The notes under the pieces are model-generated. The model saw nothing but the letters and a program-made list of their open reading frames with translations. It did not search any database and had not been told where the DNA came from. From positions 1 through 62,787 of the IMG/VR virus record IMGVR_UViG_3300035672_000002: 62,787 nt of DNA. One strand, written 5' to 3'. How positions within the stretch are numbered: the stretch's first letter is position 1; the number at the start of each line of letters is the position of its first letter. This document shows positions 55,462-62,787 of this stretch, in pieces. Source of the stretch: a virus. Lineage: Duplodnaviria > Caudoviricetes. Made by a program: the position numbers and the translations under genes.

Positions 55462-56706
55462 ATGCGCGACGACTTCGTCACGATCGCCTCGCAGGTTTAC
55501 GCTGCGACCGGTCAACAGATTGACTACGGCCTCTGTGAGATGGCCGTACGGGACTCGTTTCGCGAACTCTGCGAGCGGGTCAACTGGTCGTGGCTGCTGA
55601 AGCGTGGCGTTCTCACCCTGCCCGCTCCTTACTCTACGGGCCTCGCGTCGTTCACCCAATACAGCTCTTCAGTCACGGGTTCCGGTACATCGTGGACCGC
55701 CTCGATGATCGGTCGTCAGATCCGCGCGGGTATTGGTGATCCGTACTACACGATCACGTCAGTCGCGTCGTCAACCTCTCTTACGATCGATCCTCCGTGG
55801 GCGGACAGTAGTAGTCTCGCTCCGTCTGCGTACTCAATCTTCACGGGCTACATCGTCCCACCTGACGACTTCTTCTCTTTCGTCGTCGTCAAAGACCCTC
55901 AACGTACCCGCCGCCTGCATCTCAACATCGATCAGTCGGCGCTCGACCTCTACGATCCGCGCCGCTCTTCCACCGGTCAGCCGATCCTACTCTCACCGGT
56001 CGACTACGCTCCGTCATATTCAGGTCGCGTCTATGGCACAGTCCCTGTTCTTCAATCGTCAGTATCGAACCCGTACCCTACCGCCGCGGGTACGTACGCC
56101 GGATCTGCCGACGCGCTCTTCGTCGTACAGATTCTTCTCGGTGGTGCCGTCGACACCGCGACGTTCCAATGGAAAAAGAACTCAGCTTCGTCATGGACCT
56201 CCGGCGGTGTCTGTTCGTCTCTCGGTAACATCCTGCCTGAAGATGTTGGACTCTCATGGCCTGCGGGCGTCTACGTCACGTCAGACACGTTCGTAATCCG
56301 GACGTCCGCGGTCTCGAATCCCGGCCTCCCTCGTTTCGAGCCGTGGCCGAAACCGTCCACACAGATCGTCCTCCAGTTTCAATACCTCTCCCGCTATCCA
56401 GACCTCGACGAACCCGGCACCGTCCTCCCTCGCTTCATCCCCGGTAACGTCGTCAAAGAGGGGGCGTACGCGAAGGTCGCCCGTCTCCCCGGTACCGACG
56501 CCAAGCCCAATCCGTTCGCGCAGATCGCACGTGCTGAGAACTATGAGAACCGGTTCGATTCCATGATCATAGAACTCATGCGTCAGGACGAAGAAGTATT
56601 CGTCCAGTCCATACAGGACGACATTATGTTGCCGTTGTTCCCGTTACCATGGGCATACGGTGCACGGCCAATTGATTTCGACTATCCTTTTGATCCGTTA
56701 TATTAA
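55462..56706 (+). CDS. Head-tail adaptor / tail tubular-like protein
   Basis: WSWL near the N-terminus, P.P....L.FQY near the C-terminus, with beta-rich inserts. Confidence 0.6.
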   Translation: MRDDFVTIASQVYAATGQQIDYGLCEMAVRDSFRELCERVNWSWLLKRGVLTLPAPYSTGLASFTQYSSSVTGSGTSWTASMIGRQIRAGIGDPYYTITSVASSTSLTIDPPWADSSSLAPSAYSIFTGYIVPPDDFFSFVVVKDPQRTRRLHLNIDQSALDLYDPRRSSTGQPILLSPVDYAPSYSGRVYGTVPVLQSSVSNPYPTAAGTYAGSADALFVVQILLGGAVDTATFQWKKNSASSWTSGGVCSSLGNILPEDVGLSWPAGVYVTSDTFVIRTSAVSNPGLPRFEPWPKPSTQIVLQFQYLSRYPDLDEPGTVLPRFIPGNVVKEGAYAKVARLPGTDAKPNPFAQIARAENYENRFDSMIIELMRQDEEVFVQSIQDDIMLPLFPLPWAYGARPIDFDYPFDPLY

Positions 56707-56726
56707 GAAGAGAAGGAGACTACATC

Positions 56727-56915
56727 ATGCAAGATCAGCTCGGAAACGAGAACGCAGTCCAGTCACCCCCACCGCCGACTCCCGATCCGTCAGATGCAGT
56801 CGGGTCCGTGACGTCCATCCAAGGGACGGAAGTTATCAACACGGTGGACATCCCGTCAGGTATTCCGGCGGGTCCGATGGGGAAGATCCCGTCAGGACTT
56901 CCGTTCGATTCGTAG
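56727..56915 (+). CDS. Small hypothetical protein
   Basis: AAGGAG RBS. Confidence 0.6.
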   Translation: MQDQLGNENAVQSPPPPTPDPSDAVGSVTSIQGTEVINTVDIPSGIPAGPMGKIPSGLPFDS

Positions 56916-56931
56916 ACTCTACTGATGTTCA

Positions 56932-58404
56932 ATGACGACTTCGTACCAGCATACGACTCTGGGTGACTTCAAGTCCGCCCTCGCGTTGCGTCTCGGAGAC
57001 ACTTCTAAGACCCACTGGTTGGATGATGAACTCGGACTGATGACCATCGAGACGATCCGTCTCTTTAACGTCCTCTCGTTCGGCTATCACCGTGCCACTG
57101 TCAACTTTAACACCACCACGGGGACTCCACTTTACGACCTCACGTCAGTGGCAATAGTAGTTCCGAGTCTCCGCGCGTATACCGTACGCGATCAGGATGT
57201 CATCGCGCTCTTACAGTATCAATTCATGGAGCCGAAGAGTGTCCTCGCGTGGACCGGTTCGGAGATGTGGACGCTCGCAGAGGTTGTCAGTGCTCTCCAG
57301 CGGCGGCGCGATCAGTTCCTCGCCGATACCGCCTGCGTCGTTACTCCACACTCTTACCCTATCGGACCTGTCAACTTCTTCGACCTTCCCGACTCGGTGA
57401 CCTCGATCCGCCGCGTTGTCTGGCGATCATCTACCGGAGCCCCATTCAATCTTTTCGGCTCTGATGAGACGACATTCTCGATCAATCCACAGTGGCGTCA
57501 GTCCGTCTCCGTCCCGACGTTATACTCCGTCGTCTCGTCGGCACCTCTGCGCATCCAGTTCAATTCAACCTTCCCGACCTCCGGTACGCTCGATCTTCTG
57601 ACCGTCGAATCAGGCGCCGTATTGAACCCTGCGGCGAACGCGAACACCGGTACGGTTCTCGGCGTCCCCGACGACTTAGCATGGGGCGTCAGGTTCGGAG
57701 CCATGGCGGACCTCCTACGTAAGGAAGGGCCGGCACGCGACATCGTCCGCGCTGACTACTGCGATGCGATCTATTCGATGGCCGTCAGTCTCACCAACGA
57801 ATCGTCAACTGTGCTCGCAGCCTCGATCCGCGACGCGTCGGTCCCTATCCAGAGTCTAGCGCAGCTCGACGCTCTCCGTCGCGGCTGGCAAGGACAGAAC
57901 ACATCCACCCCGTCAGTTGTAGCTACAGCTTCGATGAACCTCGTAGCCGTGTACCCGCTCCCTGATGCGTCCTACCCCGTCAGTCTCTCAATCGTACGCA
58001 ACGCGATCGTCCCATCATCCTCTACTGACGACTCTGCGTATCTGCAAGTCTCTCGTGACGATCTTCCCGGTTTACTTGCATGGGCAGAATGCCTAGCGGC
58101 GTTCAAGTCGCAGGGAGCTTCGCTCGATTCCGCCAAGTCCGCCTCACAGCTTCTACTCGAACGCGCTTCGGCCTTCATCGGCCGTCGTCTGTCCGAGTCG
58201 TCATTCGGCCGCAACGTCTTCGGTTTCTCCCGCGACGACTTCTCCATCCGTCCCCTCGTCAGTAAAAGTATGACCGCGCAAGTATCTACGCAGGGAACAG
58301 CGTCTGACTCATCGTCGTCTAACGCACCTGATAGCGCCTCACGCCATCAGTCCCGCGGACGCTCCAATGCCACCCGCGGCGCTCGCCGCCTGGGAGGGCG
58401 TTAA
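56932..58404 (+). CDS. Head-tail adaptor-like protein (duplicated domain)
   Basis: Two W.D.E / WT..E adaptor-like repeats; position in the tail module. Confidence 0.55.
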   Translation: MTTSYQHTTLGDFKSALALRLGDTSKTHWLDDELGLMTIETIRLFNVLSFGYHRATVNFNTTTGTPLYDLTSVAIVVPSLRAYTVRDQDVIALLQYQFMEPKSVLAWTGSEMWTLAEVVSALQRRRDQFLADTACVVTPHSYPIGPVNFFDLPDSVTSIRRVVWRSSTGAPFNLFGSDETTFSINPQWRQSVSVPTLYSVVSSAPLRIQFNSTFPTSGTLDLLTVESGAVLNPAANANTGTVLGVPDDLAWGVRFGAMADLLRKEGPARDIVRADYCDAIYSMAVSLTNESSTVLAASIRDASVPIQSLAQLDALRRGWQGQNTSTPSVVATASMNLVAVYPLPDASYPVSLSIVRNAIVPSSSTDDSAYLQVSRDDLPGLLAWAECLAAFKSQGASLDSAKSASQLLLERASAFIGRRLSESSFGRNVFGFSRDDFSIRPLVSKSMTAQVSTQGTASDSSSSNAPDSASRHQSRGRSNATRGARRLGGR

Positions 58405-58409
58405 TCGTC

Positions 58410-61400
58410 ATGGTCGATTTCACGCGTCCTGGCCGCTTCTCCTTCTCTGCCCGCGGCGTCGACCTCAACACCCCTGTCGACCAGCTCCGCGACTCCGGCT
58501 ACTTCTACTATCTCAAGAACGTAGACACTCTCACAGACGGTTCCATCGAACCCCGTGCGGGCCTCACTGAACGCTACAGTTCCGGCGGCGCGTACATGCC
58601 GATCTTCGGTAAAACCCCCCATCACACCTTTCTCCGTTTAAACGATACATCCTCCGGCTCGTCGGCGTGGACACTCATCCATGGTATCGGAGACGCTCTT
58701 GCCGTCGAACGCTCGTCGACGATCGGGACGCTGATCCTTCTCGACTCCGGCTATTCGACTCACCCACTGTCGATCTCTATCTATCGTCCACCTCGCGCCG
58801 TCCAACCGTGGGCGTACGTCGGCGACTCATCCCGAATGCGCAAGCTGCGTCAGGACGTCACTACCCCGGCCGTCCATCTCATCGGTCTCCCTGCTCCGAC
58901 TTTCGAGCCCGTCGCGTGGCCGTCAACCGGCGTTTTCAAGACGATCGATCTATTTGAACCTACCGGCGGCGGGAGCGGTTACACCCGTTGGACAGCTGCG
59001 GGGACGGGTGCAGTCATTGGAGCAGTCGCCGGCAAGCGTGTCAACTCCGCGCAGATCGGTGTCACTCCGTTCGAGACCGTCAGCGGTGCCGATGAAATCT
59101 CACTGATCGCCCCCGCGTCGATGGCTAACATCGGCGTCGGCATGGTGCTCAACATCCTCGAAGCCGGACCAGGGAACGAAAACGTTCTGGTCACACAGGT
59201 CAACAAAGGCTCTTCGACACTCACCGTATCGTCAATCATCTACGACGCCGGTACGTCAGGTCTCGCCGCGGTCGTACTCTCTGCCGCCGTCCGCGAGATC
59301 ACGACGAATTCGATGCTCTTCAATTCCACCCGTTCCGAGTACGTACGCGTCCGTTCCATCAATTCCGCTACTGACGGGACCTTTTCCGTTCGCGTTTCCA
59401 CGAACACCACGTGGGCCGCTACCGACAGCGTAACCGCCCAACCGTCCTTCGTCTGCCATCCTCTGGGCGCCGCACCCGTGGCCGCCGGAAGCGCTATCTC
59501 CGAAGCTCTCAACGTCACTGCTACTGCCGGTACCGCGACGTTCACGCAGACGATCGCCCTTGACCTCTCTCAGCTCTCTTATCTATCCACCGTCTCTCCG
59601 TCCTCGCTCGACGACTTCATGCACATCTCGATATTTGTCGACCATCCCGAGCTGATCACATCACTCCGGCTCCTGCTCGACATCGATTCGCTCATTCCCG
59701 ACTTCACTCAGAACTACTACTTCCGCGACATCACCCCGTCCGATCTCACCCCCGTTGCCCACAATTCTCAATCCGTCCTCGACAATCGTGCCGCCCAGGT
59801 GACGAATCGAATTCTCGATCGAGGTAACCGCCTCGACAGTCGGACATTCATTGGCGAGAGCGATCAAGGAAATATCAACGAAGACCCAGCCGGGATCGGA
59901 CTTACTGGAGCCGGAGATGGTGGAGTCGGAACAACACCCGCCGAGCCTCCCCGTACTCAGGCCACTTCCGGCGACAACCAATGGTCGGAAATAATCTTCC
60001 CGCTCAACGCCATGGAAAAGATCGGAGCGGACGATTCGCGCGGATTCAAGAACATAAGCAAGATCCGCATCCAAGTCATCTGTACCGGCACTGTCAGTAT
60101 CAGTTTCGATTCGTGGTTGATCGAAGGAGGATTCGCCCCGGTTATCGAGCCGGAGAACGGTGAGTTCGGCTATCTCTACACGTATCGTGCCCGCGCGTCG
60201 TCGACCGGCGCCGTCAGTGACCTCTCGCCCCTGTGCCGCGGCGAGTCGAATGCCCGCCGTCAGCGCGTCGCCGTTCAGTTGCAGCAGTACGTCGCGGCCA
60301 CAGAAGTAGACTACCTTGACGTTTTCCGCATCGGCGGTCCGTTACCTGTACCCTGTTTCGTCGGTTCAGTAGCAAACACCGCCACTCCCGTCTTCTTCGA
60401 TACCTTCGACAACACGTCTGTGTTCAACAACCAGACGGCCGGCGGAACGTTTGACTCTGCCGATCCCGATCTCCAGCCGTGGCCGGAGACGGACATTCCG
60501 CATTCCGGCACCGCAACGTTCGTTTCCGGTACGACCGTCCAATCGTCAGCACAGTTCAACGCGTCATGGCTCCCCGGCACGATCATCGTTGTTGACGGTA
60601 TTGCTACGACGATCTACCGGATGATCAGCACGTCGAAGCTCGAAGTCAACGACTCGCTAGGTTCGCGTACGAACGTCGCATGGAACATCAATGAACCCGT
60701 CATCGGCGGTCAGCCGTTCGAGATCCTATGGGGAGACTTCCACGATCATCTGCTGGCTGTAGGATCGAAGAAGAACCCAGGCTCCCTCTACTGGACGAAG
60801 CCGAAGAATCCTGACAGCACGTCACGCTCCCGACGATTGGAGGTCACCTCGAACTCCGATCCGCTTCTCAACGGATTCATATTCAACGGCCGCGCAGGAA
60901 TCTTCAGTAGTAAGAATCTGTACTATCTCGACTACAACCCGTCAGATCCAGAAGGAATCATCTTCGCGGCGAACGTTTCGCCGAACGACAAGGGGCTGTA
61001 TGCGCGGTGGGCCATGGCTGTGGGACGACGTGGCGTCGCATGGCTAGCATCCGATGGCATCTACATCATGCAAGGTTCCGGGGCTGTGAGTTTGACGGAT
61101 AAGAGGCTGCGTCCGCTCTTCCGACACGGAGACCGCCCAGGTGTCGACACGAACGGCATCCCTGCGCCTCTCATGCCCAACCCCGTGGGAGCGGAAGAGG
61201 TCTATCTGCGGCTCTTCTTCGACCATAACGACAACCTCCGCTTCATCTACCGCGACGCGTCCGCAAACATGCAGTGTCTGTTCTACGACTTTGCCTCCGA
61301 AGGATGGCGTCCGTTCACGTACGGGAAATCCATCACCGACTTCTACGCTGAAGAGGGTCCGGGCGTCATAAACACGATCGCGGGCTCGGCGGAGACTACT

Positions 61401-62729
61401 GCGCACATTTATACCGTCGGCGGATCTGCTGACAACGGCACCGACGCCGGTACTGCAATCGCGTGCCAGTTCACGACCTACGCGTACGACGCCAATGATC
61501 CACGAGCGCAGAAACAGTTCGGTGACACCGACGTAGACATTAACCCCGGTGGAGCGTCAGTAGCAGTCGCGGCGAAGTTCGACAACCTGAACGTCTCCGT
61601 TACTCCGTCAGCATCTCCGCTCACCGGTGCTTCGAGGACTCTGACGGTCCTCGACTTCAGTAGCGGCTCCGGTCAGTTCGCCCGCAACATGGCGTTGGAT
61701 TGCTCATGGTCGAATGGAGCGAACCAACGTCCGCGCTTCTATCTCTGGGAACCGGCGTACATCATCCACCCTGAAGACACGCTTCGACGCGCCACTGATT
61801 ACGATTTCACGGAAAGCGGTCTCGGCTATGTCCGCGGTCTCTGGGTGGATGCTGACACAGCGGGTGTCAGCCGTACGATCGATCTCAACTACATCGACTA
61901 TCTCGGCACCGCGCAGACATACACGATCCACGTCAACCACCCCGTGAAGAGCAGAATCTTCTACCCCGTCAGTCCGACTCCCTTCTACTGCTCCACGCTA
62001 CGTCTTCATCCGAACGACGCGTCGTCGTGGAAACAGTATTCGTACCACCTCGTAACTGATCCTGCGCCACCCTTTTCTACTGATCTCACCGCCTTTACTG
62101 ATGGCGGTGACCAACGTAATAAGTTCCTTCAAGGCGCACGCGTGAAGATCGATACACACGGGACGTCAGTAGGATTAGAGGTTCAAGGAGACGCTGGTGC
62201 GGTCCTCGGGACGTTCACAGGTCTCTCGTCCGTTCTCCCGACTGTCGTCCCGATCGTCCTCAACCCCGCCGTCCGCACTCACCTCGCGCGCATCCGCCCG
62301 CTCAACAGCGTCCATCTCTTCGAGGTCACGTGGGACTGGCAGTCGGATGCGGAGCTAGTCTCGTACTATGAAGGTCAGGAGTCGTCGTTCGACATCCCTG
62401 GATTCAAGCACGCGCGGGAAGTCTACGTCGCGTATTCGTCAGCGTCGGCACCACTCACACTCACACTCATCGCGGACGGCGTCGCCATCGCAGGCATTCC
62501 GCCGCTTCCGATCTCTGCTTCCTATACTCGCGTGCGTATCGTCATACCGGCGAGGAAGTGGAAGGCCGTCAAACCGTACCTGACGTCAGCGTCACCGTTC
62601 ATGCTGTACTCGCGCGACTCGAACATTCTCGCGAAGCCGTGGGGTGACATGGGTGACGGTGGCGGGGACTACCGGTCGTTTGAACTCTTCGGGACGTTGC
62701 ATCGAGACAGAGGGATTGCCGTCGTCTAG
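58410..62729 (+). CDS. Tail nozzle / DNA stabilization-like large structural protein
   Basis: 1439 aa beta-rich; LKNV...GSIEPRAG start; LYWTK, WLASDGIY, LTD..L.PLF propeller-like motifs. Confidence 0.65.
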   Translation: MVDFTRPGRFSFSARGVDLNTPVDQLRDSGYFYYLKNVDTLTDGSIEPRAGLTERYSSGGAYMPIFGKTPHHTFLRLNDTSSGSSAWTLIHGIGDALAVERSSTIGTLILLDSGYSTHPLSISIYRPPRAVQPWAYVGDSSRMRKLRQDVTTPAVHLIGLPAPTFEPVAWPSTGVFKTIDLFEPTGGGSGYTRWTAAGTGAVIGAVAGKRVNSAQIGVTPFETVSGADEISLIAPASMANIGVGMVLNILEAGPGNENVLVTQVNKGSSTLTVSSIIYDAGTSGLAAVVLSAAVREITTNSMLFNSTRSEYVRVRSINSATDGTFSVRVSTNTTWAATDSVTAQPSFVCHPLGAAPVAAGSAISEALNVTATAGTATFTQTIALDLSQLSYLSTVSPSSLDDFMHISIFVDHPELITSLRLLLDIDSLIPDFTQNYYFRDITPSDLTPVAHNSQSVLDNRAAQVTNRILDRGNRLDSRTFIGESDQGNINEDPAGIGLTGAGDGGVGTTPAEPPRTQATSGDNQWSEIIFPLNAMEKIGADDSRGFKNISKIRIQVICTGTVSISFDSWLIEGGFAPVIEPENGEFGYLYTYRARASSTGAVSDLSPLCRGESNARRQRVAVQLQQYVAATEVDYLDVFRIGGPLPVPCFVGSVANTATPVFFDTFDNTSVFNNQTAGGTFDSADPDLQPWPETDIPHSGTATFVSGTTVQSSAQFNASWLPGTIIVVDGIATTIYRMISTSKLEVNDSLGSRTNVAWNINEPVIGGQPFEILWGDFHDHLLAVGSKKNPGSLYWTKPKNPDSTSRSRRLEVTSNSDPLLNGFIFNGRAGIFSSKNLYYLDYNPSDPEGIIFAANVSPNDKGLYARWAMAVGRRGVAWLASDGIYIMQGSGAVSLTDKRLRPLFRHGDRPGVDTNGIPAPLMPNPVGAEEVYLRLFFDHNDNLRFIYRDASANMQCLFYDFASEGWRPFTYGKSITDFYAEEGPGVINTIAGSAETTAHIYTVGGSADNGTDAGTAIACQFTTYAYDANDPRAQKQFGDTDVDINPGGASVAVAAKFDNLNVSVTPSASPLTGASRTLTVLDFSSGSGQFARNMALDCSWSNGANQRPRFYLWEPAYIIHPEDTLRRATDYDFTESGLGYVRGLWVDADTAGVSRTIDLNYIDYLGTAQTYTIHVNHPVKSRIFYPVSPTPFYCSTLRLHPNDASSWKQYSYHLVTDPAPPFSTDLTAFTDGGDQRNKFLQGARVKIDTHGTSVGLEVQGDAGAVLGTFTGLSSVLPTVVPIVLNPAVRTHLARIRPLNSVHLFEVTWDWQSDAELVSYYEGQESSFDIPGFKHAREVYVAYSSASAPLTLTLIADGVAIAGIPPLPISASYTRVRIVIPARKWKAVKPYLTSASPFMLYSRDSNILAKPWGDMGDGGGDYRSFELFGTLHRDRGIAVV

Positions 62730-62762
62730 AGGACTAGGTTAGGACTAGATACTGATATGGCT

Positions 62763-62787
62763 ACATCTCAACCACCACTGACTCTCG
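62763..62787. repeat. Terminal direct repeat (assembly overlap), right copy
   Basis: Identical to 1-25; indicates a circular or circularly permuted contig. Confidence 0.95.

Overview
This window looks like a complete, circularly permuted genome of a tailed dsDNA phage, about 62.8 kb. The first 25 nt are repeated at the end, and one gene reads across the junction. There are two main transcription arms. The + arm (about 36.6 kb to the end, continuing to 8.8 kb) carries a tmRNA, an HNH nuclease, terminase, portal, fiber/spike proteins, scaffold, major capsid protein, podovirus-type adaptor and nozzle proteins, internal/ejection proteins and a membrane (lysis-like) cassette. The - arm (35.5 kb down to 8.8 kb) carries early hypotheticals, DNA-binding proteins, a DinG-like helicase, secreted accessory proteins, an Acb2/Tad1-like protein, SSB/exonuclease/AAA/ERCC4 recombination genes and a family-A DNA polymerase. 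I found no integrase, primase or classical endolysin. The most notable points are: (1) a 7-mer, CTACTGA/TCAGTAG, strongly over-represented genome-wide on both strands, clustered at the main early promoter and absent from accessory blocks; (2) a UDG-exonuclease-PolA gene split inside its proofreading domain by a ~750-nt insert carrying a NADAR gene, with an intein further downstream; (3) a reduced tmRNA with a 35-residue tag; (4) a TM-coiled-coil-PAS protein among holin-like genes; (5) several structured RNA candidates, one with 6S-like architecture next to the Acb2/Tad1-like gene; (6) a palindromic operator overlapping the -35 box of three promoters. All functional calls come from motif recognition by eye; no searches were run.
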